Assembly (NCBI GenBank): GCA_965207225.1
Contig: CBDBLV010000002.1
Span: forward strand, 378,095 to 442,094
DNA: 64,000 nucleotides
Direction: 5' to 3'
Source of the DNA: Dehalococcoidia bacterium
Lineage (GTDB): Bacteria; Chloroflexota; Dehalococcoidia; Plut-88900
The notes under the pieces were generated by a model. It was not told where the DNA came from, did no database searches, and worked only from the letters and a program-made list of their open reading frames with translations. This document shows, one piece after another, positions 49,741-58,815 of the stretch. Positions within the stretch are counted from its first letter, which is position 1. Every line of letters begins with the position of its first letter. Position numbers and translations under genes: made by a program.

Positions 49741-49986
49741 GGGTCTATTGGTCGAGATGGATAAGTTCGCAGAACCGGGATTCGGGTACAGCGAAGGCCC
49801 CATCTGTCCAGCCAGAATCATGTGATCCAAGAGCGGTTCTGCTAAGCCAGCATCCATTTCCATTTCCGACTTGATTCCCATCACGCCTATTGTAAAACCA
49901 TTATACAGTTGCGATAATCAAATGAGCAATGCACACCAGCCTCAGGTGACAGCCATCTGTGGCGTGTACCCGCCGAGGAGAGAAAC

Positions 49987-50340
49987 ATGGCTAGGACAGC
50001 TAGGTTCGACGGCGACGCCTTCTTCGCCGCGTTGGACACGGAGAGGCAGGCCCGTCGATGCACCTGGAAGCAGGTGGCGGAGGAGTGCGGCATAAGCGCC
50101 TCCACCTTGACTCGTATGGCTCAAGGCAGACACCCCGACGTGAACGGCCTGGCGGCGCTGGCGACCTGGTCGGGGCTGGACGTGAACCGATTTCTCAGGA
50201 ACCCGTCTGCCGGGGAGGAGCCGGAGCCGCTGGCGGTGATATCTTCCTGCCTACACTCCGACCCTCGTCTCAACGAACAAGCCGCCGTCGCCCTCGACCA
50301 GATGGTCAAGGCAGCCTATAGGAGCATGACGAGCCAGTGA
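49987..50340 (+). CDS. XRE-family HTH regulator
   Basis: TWKQVAEECGISASTLTRMAQG; overlaps the hsdM start. Confidence 0.88.
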   Translation: MARTARFDGDAFFAALDTERQARRCTWKQVAEECGISASTLTRMAQGRHPDVNGLAALATWSGLDVNRFLRNPSAGEEPEPLAVISSCLHSDPRLNEQAAVALDQMVKAAYRSMTSQ

Positions 50341-52313
50341 GCGCACTCAACATCAGCGGCTTCATATGGGGCATCGCCGACGACGTGCTGCGGGACGTCT
50401 ACGTTCGCGGCAAGTACCGCGACGTCATCCTGCCCATGACGGTGATACGGCGGCTCGACGCCGTGCTGGAGCCGACCAAGGATGCGGTGCTTCGCATGAA
50501 AGAGCAGTTGGACGGCGCGGGCATCACCAACCAGGACGCCGCCCTTCGCCAGGCCTCCGGCCAAGCCTTCTACAACACCTCGCCCTTCCGCCTCCGGGAC
50601 CTTGCATCACGCGGTCGGCAACAGCAACTGCGAACCGACTTCGAGGCGTACCTCGACGGCTTCTCTCCCAACATCCAGGAAGTGCTGGACAAGTTCAAAT
50701 TCCGCAACCAGATTCCGACGCTGGTGGACGCCGACGCCCTCGGCTTCCTGTTGGAGAAGTTCCTGGACAGCTCCATCAACCTTAGCCCGCAGCCGGTCCT
50801 CAACGGCGACGGGTCGGTGCGGCTGGACGGCTTGGACAACCACGGAATGGGCACGGTCTTCGAGGAGCTGATCCGGCGATTCAACGAGGAGAACAACGAG
50901 GAGGCGGGAGAGCACTTCACGCCGCGTGACGTGGTGCAGCTTATGGCCCGCCTCATCTTCCTGCCCGTGGCCGAGCAGGTCCAGTCCGGCACCTACCTGG
51001 TATACGACGGCGCGTGCGGCACCGGCGGGATGCTGACGGTTGCCGAAGAGACGCTGACGGAACTGGCTGGTGAGAAGGGCAAGGAGGTTTCCGTTCACCT
51101 CTACGGACAGGAAGTTAACCCGGAAACCTATGCCATCAGTAAGGCCGATCTGATCCTGAAGGGAGAGGGTGTCGAGGCCGACAACATAGGGTTCGGCTCC
51201 ACTCTGGCCGCCGATACCTTCCCTGCCGAAGAGTTCGACTTCATGCTCTCCAATCCGCCCTACGGCAAGAGTTGGAAGACCGACCTGGAGCGCATGGGCG
51301 GCCGGTCCGGCATCATGGACCGCCGCTTCCTCGTCGAGCATGGCGGCGATCCTGACTACTCCCTCATCACCCGTTCCAGCGACGGCCAGATGATGTTCCT
51401 GGCCAACATGCTCAGCAAGATGAAGCGGAACACGGACATAGGCAGCCGCATCGCCGAGGTGCACAACGGTAGTTCCCTCTTCACCGGTGACGCCGGGCAG
51501 GGCGAGAGCAACATCCGACGTTGGATCATCGAGAACGACTGGCTGGAGGCCATCGTCGCCCTGCCCCTAAACATGTTCTACAACACCGGCATCGCCACTT
51601 ACATTTGGGTGCTGAGCAACCGCAAGGCGGCCCACCGCCGGGGCAAGATGCAGCTCATCGACGCGACCCAATGGTTCCGTCCTCTTCGCAAGAACCTTGG
51701 CAACAAGAACTGTGAGCTTTCCGACGAGGACATTCGCCGAATTTGCGATGCCTTCCTTGCCTTTGAGGAGACTGAGCAGTCGAAGATATTCCCCAACGAG
51801 GCTTTCGGCTACTGGAAGGTCACAGTAGAGCGGCCCCTGAGAATAGAGGGTATCGACCCGGAACAGGTCTACTCGGCGAAAGAGATCAGGGCGCTCAAAG
51901 AAGACGGCAAGCAGTCTGAGACCGCGCCGCCGGTAATAAAGAGGGTCCACAAGAGTGACGTGGAGGCAGACCCGCTGTGCGGGCTGTTTGCGGCAACCAT
52001 CAAAGGTAAGCCCGCCGTGGTGGAGTACGAGCCGGACACCGATCTGCGCGACACAGAGCAGGTGTCTCTGTTGGAAGAGGGCAGCATCGAGGCGTTCCTA
52101 CGCCGCGAGGTGCTGCCCTACGCTCCCGACGCCTGGTACGTGCCCGGCAGCGTGAAGGTCGGCTACGAAATCAGCTTCACCCGTCACTTCTACAAGCCCC
52201 AGCCGCTCCGACCCCTGGAGGAGATACGAGCCGACATCCTGGCCCTGGAGCACGAGACGGACGGGCTGTTGGCGGAGATACTGGTCGCAGGTGGGTCGTC
52301 GGATGGCAGGTAG
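50337..52313 (+). CDS. hsdM: Type I R-M methyltransferase subunit M
   Basis: GEHFTPRDV, YDGACGTGGM and NPPY motifs. Confidence 0.97.
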   Translation: MSALNISGFIWGIADDVLRDVYVRGKYRDVILPMTVIRRLDAVLEPTKDAVLRMKEQLDGAGITNQDAALRQASGQAFYNTSPFRLRDLASRGRQQQLRTDFEAYLDGFSPNIQEVLDKFKFRNQIPTLVDADALGFLLEKFLDSSINLSPQPVLNGDGSVRLDGLDNHGMGTVFEELIRRFNEENNEEAGEHFTPRDVVQLMARLIFLPVAEQVQSGTYLVYDGACGTGGMLTVAEETLTELAGEKGKEVSVHLYGQEVNPETYAISKADLILKGEGVEADNIGFGSTLAADTFPAEEFDFMLSNPPYGKSWKTDLERMGGRSGIMDRRFLVEHGGDPDYSLITRSSDGQMMFLANMLSKMKRNTDIGSRIAEVHNGSSLFTGDAGQGESNIRRWIIENDWLEAIVALPLNMFYNTGIATYIWVLSNRKAAHRRGKMQLIDATQWFRPLRKNLGNKNCELSDEDIRRICDAFLAFEETEQSKIFPNEAFGYWKVTVERPLRIEGIDPEQVYSAKEIRALKEDGKQSETAPPVIKRVHKSDVEADPLCGLFAATIKGKPAVVEYEPDTDLRDTEQVSLLEEGSIEAFLRREVLPYAPDAWYVPGSVKVGYEISFTRHFYKPQPLRPLEEIRADILALEHETDGLLAEILVAGGSSDGR

Positions 52314-52353
52314 GGTTCCACCCCTAGAGCAAGCCATCTTGATAGGAGGAAAC

Positions 52354-52572
52354 ATGTCTGAGACGGAGATCATCTTTGAGGTCAGCGAGGACGAGGTGGA
52401 CGGTGGATACACCGCCAGCGCCCTAGGGTACGGCATCCACACGGAGGGCGATTCTCTGGAAGAGTTGCGCGGCAACGTCAAGGAGGCCGTCGATTGTTAC
52501 TTCGACGAGACCATGCGACGGCCCAAGCTGATTCGGCTGCACTTCGTACGCGAGGAGGTATTGGTCGCGTGA
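52354..52572 (+). CDS. hicB: HicB-like antitoxin
   Basis: DGGYTASA...TEGDSLEELRGNVKEAV; AGGAGG RBS. Confidence 0.8.
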   Translation: MSETEIIFEVSEDEVDGGYTASALGYGIHTEGDSLEELRGNVKEAVDCYFDETMRRPKLIRLHFVREEVLVA

Positions 52573-52811
52573 GTTTGCCCCGCGATGTGAGCGGCGCTTC
52601 CCTACAGTCGTCGCTTCGACGGCTGGGTTACGAAGCCGTACGGCAGCGCGGTTCTCACGTGCGCGTAACGACGCAGGTCAACGGTGAACACCACGAGGTG
52701 ATCCCACAACACAACCCGATCAAGGCGAAGACGCTGTTGAGTATCTTGAAGAGTGTGGCGCGGCATCACGGAGTGAGTGTGGACGAACTCCTCAGCGAGT
52801 TGAAGCTATGA
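52569..52811 (+). CDS. hicA: HicA-like toxin
   Basis: LGYEAVRQRGSHV...IPQH motif; GTGA overlap with hicB. Confidence 0.85.
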   Translation: MSLPRDVSGASLQSSLRRLGYEAVRQRGSHVRVTTQVNGEHHEVIPQHNPIKAKTLLSILKSVARHHGVSVDELLSELKL

Positions 52812-54193
52812 GCGCGAGCCTCTCCATAGGACTACTCAAGAGCTACCCCGACTACAAACCCTCTGGCGTCGAGTGGCTGGAAGAGGTGCCGACACATTGG
52901 GAATCGGTCCGACTAAAGGGCCATGCGTCAAATGTCGTTGACCTAACCAGAGAGTCAAGCGCCGACGACATCTATCTTGCCTTGGAGCACGTTGAGAGTT
53001 GGACAGGCAGGTTCGCCCCTGCCGGCAATGGTGTCGGGTTTGACAGCCAAGTAAAGCGCTTCAGGTCTGGGGATGTGCTTTTTGGCAAGTTGCGACCATA
53101 CTTGGCGAAGGTGACATGCCCGAACAATAGCGGGGTTTGCGTTGGCGAATTCTTAGTGCTGCGACCGAGCGCTGCAACTTTGTCAGCGAGGTACCTTGAG
53201 AAGTTGCTACGCTCGCAGCCAGCCATCGATGCGATAGACGCATCCACCTTTGGAGCGAAGATGCCCCGAGCTGATTGGCAATTCATCGGTGACATGCGTG
53301 TCCCCCTCCCACCCCTGCCAGAGCAGCAAGCCATCGTCCGTTACCTGGACTACGTGGACCGGCGCATCCGGCGATACGTAGACGCCAAGCGAAAGCTGAT
53401 CTCCCTCCTGGAGGAGGAGCGGCAGGCCGTCGTCAATCGGGCCGTCACACGCGGCCTCGACCCCAACGTCCGCCTCAAGCCCTCCGGCGCCGAGTGGCTT
53501 GGGGACGTGCCTGAGCATTGGGAGGTACGGCGGCTGAAGACAATATGCAGTATGAAGAGTGGTGAAGGCATAACTGCCGAGTCCATAGAAGCGGTTGGCG
53601 ACTACCCCGTCTATGGTGGCAACGGACTGCGCGGGTATGCTTCAAGCTATACACACGACGGCGCATTCGTCCTGATTGGCAGGCAAGGTGCTCTATGCGG
53701 GAACGTGCATATAGCACGCGGCCGGTTCTGGGCTTCGGAACATGCTGTGGTCGCAGCCCAAATTGGTGGTCAAGAGATTGGCTGGTTCGGCGCGATTCTC
53801 ACAGCCATGAACCTGAACCAATACTCAATCGCCGCCGCACAACCGGGGCTGGCAGTCGAACGGATACTGAATCTCTATCTGCCTGTCCCTTCCACCATTG
53901 AACAACGGACCATAGCCGAACATCTCGACAGGGCCACCACCAACATCGAAGCCGCCATCGCCCGCGCCCGGCGGCAGGTCGAGTTGGTGGAGGAGTACCG
54001 CACCCGGCTCATCGCCGACGTGGTGACTGGCAAACTGGACGTGCGTGAAGCGTCGGCGCAACTGCCCGACGAGGCCGAGGACGACGAACCGATAGGAGAA
54101 GGCGGCCCACGGCAGAACGGCTTAGCTGAAGACATCTACGATATCGAGCAATCGACGCAAGAGCTTGGAGTCGAAAGCGAGGTGACAAGATGA
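52808..54193 (+). CDS. hsdS: Type I R-M specificity subunit S
   Basis: Two K-PSG-(V/A)EWL..VP.HWE conserved regions flanking two TRDs; VVTGKLDV; acidic tail. Confidence 0.95.
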   Translation: MSASLSIGLLKSYPDYKPSGVEWLEEVPTHWESVRLKGHASNVVDLTRESSADDIYLALEHVESWTGRFAPAGNGVGFDSQVKRFRSGDVLFGKLRPYLAKVTCPNNSGVCVGEFLVLRPSAATLSARYLEKLLRSQPAIDAIDASTFGAKMPRADWQFIGDMRVPLPPLPEQQAIVRYLDYVDRRIRRYVDAKRKLISLLEEERQAVVNRAVTRGLDPNVRLKPSGAEWLGDVPEHWEVRRLKTICSMKSGEGITAESIEAVGDYPVYGGNGLRGYASSYTHDGAFVLIGRQGALCGNVHIARGRFWASEHAVVAAQIGGQEIGWFGAILTAMNLNQYSIAAAQPGLAVERILNLYLPVPSTIEQRTIAEHLDRATTNIEAAIARARRQVELVEEYRTRLIADVVTGKLDVREASAQLPDEAEDDEPIGEGGPRQNGLAEDIYDIEQSTQELGVESEVTR

Positions 54194-54429
54194 CGGACTG
54201 GAGCAAATGCCCGGCGGTGGAGAGCGTACCTGGCAGGCTGAGTGGAGCCTGGGTGTTCACCGGCACCAGGATTCCGGTATCCGCCCTGTTCGGGAATCTC
54301 GCGGAGGGGGCCACCGTCAAGGACTTCCTCGACTGGTTTCCCGGCGTGAAGGAGTGGCAAGTGAGGGCTGCGCTGGAACACGAGGTGCAGAGCCTCGACG
54401 CCAAGGTGAAGCTTGAGAATCCTGTTTGA
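54190..54429 (+). CDS. DUF433 antitoxin, copy 1
   Basis: PGRLSGAWVFTGTRIPV...GATVKDFLDWFPGV. Confidence 0.88.
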   Translation: MTDWSKCPAVESVPGRLSGAWVFTGTRIPVSALFGNLAEGATVKDFLDWFPGVKEWQVRAALEHEVQSLDAKVKLENPV

Positions 54430-54730
54430 CCACAACGTACCCGAGCCGCTCCGCGACCACCTTGCCGAACACGACGTACATACAGCGGATGAACGGGGAT
54501 GGGCGGAGGTATCGAACGGCGAGCTTCTGGACCAGGCGGAGACGGCAGGCTATGAATTGCTGATAACGGCAGACCAGAATATGCGGCATCAGCAGGTCCT
54601 CAGCCGCAGGCAGATAGCCTTCGTCCTCCTGCGCTCCAACAGATGGCCGATAGTTCAGCCGTGGGTGGAGGACATTCGCGCCGCCATTGAGGGGCTACAG
54701 CCTGGTGAACTTAGGGAAGTCCCCAACTGA
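54413..54730 (+). CDS. DUF5615 PIN-like toxin, copy 1
   Basis: RILFDHNVP, GW...NGELL and LITADQN motifs. Confidence 0.85.
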   Translation: MRILFDHNVPEPLRDHLAEHDVHTADERGWAEVSNGELLDQAETAGYELLITADQNMRHQQVLSRRQIAFVLLRSNRWPIVQPWVEDIRAAIEGLQPGELREVPN

Positions 54731-54734
54731 GTCA

Positions 54735-54818
54735 GGCTTGCCAATAGAGGAAGGCGGACGAATGGCAGAAGGTATGTAGTCGGCGAAGGATCAGGGAAAT
54801 CGAAAGCGAGGTGACAGC
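54735..54818 (+). repeat. Diverged second copy of the hsdS 3' tail
   Basis: TCGAAAGCGAGGTGACA identical at 54171-54187 and 54800-54816; upstream CC.ATAG..GAAGGCGG..GGCAGAA similarity. Confidence 0.75.
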
Positions 54819-55067
54819 ATGATTGACTGGTCGAAGTGCCCTGGTGTGGAGCAAATCCCCGGCAAGGTGAGCGGGGCTTGGGTATTCAAGAACACCCGTC
54901 TTCCCCTATACGTCCTCTTCGATAATCTGGCTGGAGGAGCGACCGTCTACGACTTCATCGACTGGTTTGGGGGAGTAACAGAGTCAGAAGTCAGAGAGGT
55001 CCTGGAGTTCGCGGCACAGGAACTCCGCGCCGATCTTGTGGTTGCCGATGCGCATCCTGTTCGATAA
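54819..55067 (+). CDS. DUF433 antitoxin, copy 2
   Basis: MIDWSKCPGVEQIPGKVSGAWVF; paralog of 54190..54429. Confidence 0.88.
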   Translation: MIDWSKCPGVEQIPGKVSGAWVFKNTRLPLYVLFDNLAGGATVYDFIDWFGGVTESEVREVLEFAAQELRADLVVADAHPVR

Positions 55068-55383
55068 CGGCACGCCCAGACAGCTGCGCTCTCGTCTCTT
55101 CAACCATGAAGTCGAAGAGGCCAGGGAGCGCGGTTGGGACGTCCTGTCGAACGGCGACTTGCTGGACAAGGCCGAAGAAGCCGGTTTCGAGGTGTTGGTC
55201 ACCACCGACCAGAACCTCCGATACCAGCAGAACTTGTCGAACAGACGAATTGCCGTAGTGGTGCTGATGAACGCCGATTGGAATCGCATATCGCGGCAAA
55301 CGGAGCGCATCCGCGCAGCCCTGGACGGCATAGATCCAGGGGAAGTGCGGGAAGTCCCCATTCCGATGCGAGACGAGGGATAG
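55048..55383 (+). CDS. DUF5615 PIN-like toxin, copy 2
   Basis: MRILFDNGTP, NGDLL and VTTDQNL motifs. Confidence 0.85.
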   Translation: MRILFDNGTPRQLRSRLFNHEVEEARERGWDVLSNGDLLDKAEEAGFEVLVTTDQNLRYQQNLSNRRIAVVVLMNADWNRISRQTERIRAALDGIDPGEVREVPIPMRDEG

Positions 55384-55384
55384 C

Positions 55385-58300
55385 GTGACCACCGACACAA
55401 GCGAGAAGGGCCTTGAACGCCTCATCTGCGAGGCGATGACAGGCGCTGCCTGCGACCCGTCACAGGGATGCGTGGAAGCCGAACGGCCTTCCGGCTACGG
55501 CACGGGCTGGATATGCGGTGACCCTCAGGACTACAACCGCGAGTACTGCGTAGACCTAGCCCAACTCTCCGCTTTTCTACGAGACACCCAGCCGGTCGTT
55601 GCCGAATCGCTCGGCTTGGATGATGAGAACCCCACACGGCGCAGGTTCCTGGCCAGATTGCAAGGAGAGGTCACGAAGCGAGGCACCGTCGATGTGCTGC
55701 GCAAGGGAATCAAGCACGGTCCGTATCTGATCGACCTGATGTACGGCACGCCGTCGCCGGGGAACGACAGAGCCGCTATCCTGTACGAGCAGAACCGCTT
55801 CAGCGTGACCCGGCAACTGCGCTACAGCAACGACAACACGCAGTTGGCCCTTGACCTGTGCTTGTTCGTCAACGGTCTGCCCGTCGCCACGTTCGAGCTG
55901 AAGAACAGCTTGACCAAGCAGACCGTGGACGACGCCGTGGAGCAGTACAAGCGGGACCGCAACCCCAGGGAGCGGCTCTTCGAGCTTGGCCGCTGCCTGG
56001 CCCACTTCGCCGTAGACGACCACGAGGTGCAGTTCTGTACCAAGGTTGAAGGGAAAGCGTCCTGGTTCCTGCCCTTCAACAAGGGGTGGAACGACGGCAA
56101 GGGCAATCCGCCCAATCCCAACGGACTCAAGACCGACTACCTCTGGAAGCAGGTGCTCACCCGGGACAGCCTCGTCAACATCATCGAAAACTACGCCCAG
56201 ATAGTGGAGAGCAAGGACGACAGGACGAGCAAGAAGAAGCGTGAGCAGATATGGCCCCGCTACCATCAGTTGGAGGTGGTGCGGAGTCTGCTTTCGGATG
56301 CATCCGCCACGGGAGTCGGAGCCAAGTACCTGATTCAGCACTCGGCGGGCAGCGGCAAGTCAAACTCCATCGCATGGCTGGCCCATCAGCTGATAGGACT
56401 GGAGCGGGACGACGCACACATCTTCGACACCGTGGTGGTCGTCACCGACCGCAGGGTGCTGGACAGGCAGATACGGGACACCATCAAGCAGTTCGCCCAG
56501 GTCGGCTCCGTCGTCGGTCATGCCGAAACCTCAGCCCAGCTTAGCGCCTTCTTGCAGCAAGGCAAACGCATCGCCATTACCACCGTGCAGAAGTTCCCCT
56601 TCATCCTGGACGCCATCGGCAACGAGCACCGGGGACGCAGCTTCGCCATTATCATCGACGAAGCGCATTCCAGCCAGGGCGGCCGCACGTCGGCGGCGAT
56701 GTCCACGGCGCTTGGGGAGTCCGGTAGCGAGAAGAAGGACGAGACCACCGAGGACAAGGTCAACCGCATCATGGAGAGCAAGAAGATGCTGGCCAACGCC
56801 AGCTACTTCGCCTTCACCGCGACGCCCAAGAACAAGACGCTGGAGATATTCGGCGCGCCCGTCCCGGAAGGAGGAGCTACGAAGCACGTTCCCTTCCACT
56901 CCTACACCATGAAGCAGGCCATCGAGGAGCGGTTCATCATCGACGTGCTGGCGAACTATACGCCGGTGAACAGCTACTACCGGCTGGTGAAGGCTGTGGA
57001 GGGCGACCCGGAATTCGATACCAAGAGAGCGGGGAAGAAGCTGCGCCGCTACGTGGAAGACCACGACCACGCCATCCGATTGAAGGCGGAGATCATGGTG
57101 GACCATTTCCACGAGCAGGTTGCGGGATTGCAAAAGATTGGCGGGCAGGCGCGGGCGATGGTGGTCACCAGCAGCATCCAGCGGGCCATCACCTACTTTC
57201 TCGCCATCCGTGACTACCTTGCGAAGCGCAAGAGTCCCTACAAGGCCATTGCCGCCTTCTCCGGCGAGCCAGAGTACAACGGCGGGAAGGTCACCGAGAC
57301 GTCCCTCAACGGCTTCTCGTCGAACCTCATCGCCGAGAAAATTCAGGAGGAGCCGTACCGCTTCCTGGTGTGCGCCGACAAGTTCCAGACCGGCTACGAC
57401 GAGCCGCTGTTGCACACCATGTACGTGGACAAGCCCTTATCGGGTGTGAGAGCCGTGCAGACCCTCTCGCGACTCAACCGGGCGCATCCGAAGAAGGACA
57501 ACGCCTTCGTGCTGGACTTCGCCAACGACGCGGACACCATCCAGCACGCCTTCGCCGACTACTATCGCACCACCATCCTCTCGGAGGAGACCGACCCCGA
57601 CCGGCTCCACGACCTGAAGGCGTCCCTAGACGGCTATCAGGTCTACGACCCGGCTCAGGTGGACGAATTGGTGAAGCGCTTCTTGGCGAAGGAAAGCCGA
57701 GACCGCCTCGACCCCATCCTGGACGCCTGCGTCGCGGTCTACCTGGAGTTGGACGAAGACGGGCAGGTGGACTTCAAGGGCAAGGCCAAGGCGTTCCTGC
57801 GGGCGTACGGGTTCCTGGCCGCCATCCTGCCGTACACCGACGCCGAGTGGGAGAAGCTCTCTATCTTCCTCACCTTCCTCATTCCCAAGCTGCCCGCTCC
57901 GGTAGAGGACGACCTGTCGAAGGGGATTCTGGAAGCCATCGACATGGACAGCTACCGGGTGGAGAAGCAGGCGGTGCAGGCCATCCAGTTGGCCGACGAG
58001 GATGCGGAGATCGGGCCGGTCCCAACCGAGGGCGGCGGACAGAAGCCTGAGCTGGAGATGGACCGGCTGTCCAACATCATCAGGCAGTTCAACGATCGGT
58101 TTGGCAACATCGAATGGAAGGACAAGGATAAGATCGACAAGGTGCTGGCCGAGGAGCTTCCCACCAAAGTTTCAGAGGACAGGGCCTACCGGAACGCCAT
58201 GGCCAACTCCGACCACCAAAACGCCCGAATTGAACACGACAGGGCCTTGGAACGAGCCATCACCGACTATCTCGCAGACCACGCGGAACTGTACAAGCAA

Positions 58301-58390
58301 TTCAGCGACAACGACTCGTTCCGCCGTGAACTTTCCGACATGATCTTCGCATTGACTTACGCCGAAGGGAACACGACCGTCGGCGCATAG
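55385..58390 (+). CDS. hsdR: Type I R-M restriction subunit R
   Basis: D-LCLFVNGLPVATFELKN, QHSAGSGKS, DEAH, FTATP and QTLSRLNR motifs. Confidence 0.97.
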   Translation: MTTDTSEKGLERLICEAMTGAACDPSQGCVEAERPSGYGTGWICGDPQDYNREYCVDLAQLSAFLRDTQPVVAESLGLDDENPTRRRFLARLQGEVTKRGTVDVLRKGIKHGPYLIDLMYGTPSPGNDRAAILYEQNRFSVTRQLRYSNDNTQLALDLCLFVNGLPVATFELKNSLTKQTVDDAVEQYKRDRNPRERLFELGRCLAHFAVDDHEVQFCTKVEGKASWFLPFNKGWNDGKGNPPNPNGLKTDYLWKQVLTRDSLVNIIENYAQIVESKDDRTSKKKREQIWPRYHQLEVVRSLLSDASATGVGAKYLIQHSAGSGKSNSIAWLAHQLIGLERDDAHIFDTVVVVTDRRVLDRQIRDTIKQFAQVGSVVGHAETSAQLSAFLQQGKRIAITTVQKFPFILDAIGNEHRGRSFAIIIDEAHSSQGGRTSAAMSTALGESGSEKKDETTEDKVNRIMESKKMLANASYFAFTATPKNKTLEIFGAPVPEGGATKHVPFHSYTMKQAIEERFIIDVLANYTPVNSYYRLVKAVEGDPEFDTKRAGKKLRRYVEDHDHAIRLKAEIMVDHFHEQVAGLQKIGGQARAMVVTSSIQRAITYFLAIRDYLAKRKSPYKAIAAFSGEPEYNGGKVTETSLNGFSSNLIAEKIQEEPYRFLVCADKFQTGYDEPLLHTMYVDKPLSGVRAVQTLSRLNRAHPKKDNAFVLDFANDADTIQHAFADYYRTTILSEETDPDRLHDLKASLDGYQVYDPAQVDELVKRFLAKESRDRLDPILDACVAVYLELDEDGQVDFKGKAKAFLRAYGFLAAILPYTDAEWEKLSIFLTFLIPKLPAPVEDDLSKGILEAIDMDSYRVEKQAVQAIQLADEDAEIGPVPTEGGGQKPELEMDRLSNIIRQFNDRFGNIEWKDKDKIDKVLAEELPTKVSEDRAYRNAMANSDHQNARIEHDRALERAITDYLADHAELYKQFSDNDSFRRELSDMIFALTYAEGNTTVGA

Positions 58391-58504
58391 GTGCGGTATT
58401 GGGCGGACTGATGAGGTTCCGACCAGTCTGCCGATGCCTCATGAATTTGAAGGTTTCCCGTCGGAGGAGAAACGCGGGACGTAGATCTCTGAAGGACAGG
58501 CTCG

Positions 58505-58750
58505 ATGCCGAGACAGCGCACCGACTATTACAGAAGAACCTATGGCTTCCCTGACGACTTCACGGAACGCCTCAAGCGATTTCAGAGGGAGTCCGGCCTG
58601 TCTTGGTCCGAGATTGCAAGGCGCATCGGCGCCTACCGCCATACGGTCTTTCGTTGGGTGAATGTCAGCAGCCGCCCCAACACCGAGCACATGATGGCCC
58701 TGCTCGAACTGGCCGAGGGCTTGAGATTAGCCCACATATTCACCGAGTAG
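58505..58750 (+). CDS. XRE-family HTH protein
   Basis: SGLSWSEIARRIGAYRHTVFRW. Confidence 0.8.
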   Translation: MPRQRTDYYRRTYGFPDDFTERLKRFQRESGLSWSEIARRIGAYRHTVFRWVNVSSRPNTEHMMALLELAEGLRLAHIFTE

Positions 58751-58815
58751 GGATGCTGCTCTACCACCGGTAGTGAGGAAGGCCACCGGAAGTTGATGGC
58801 CTCCCTCACATACAC

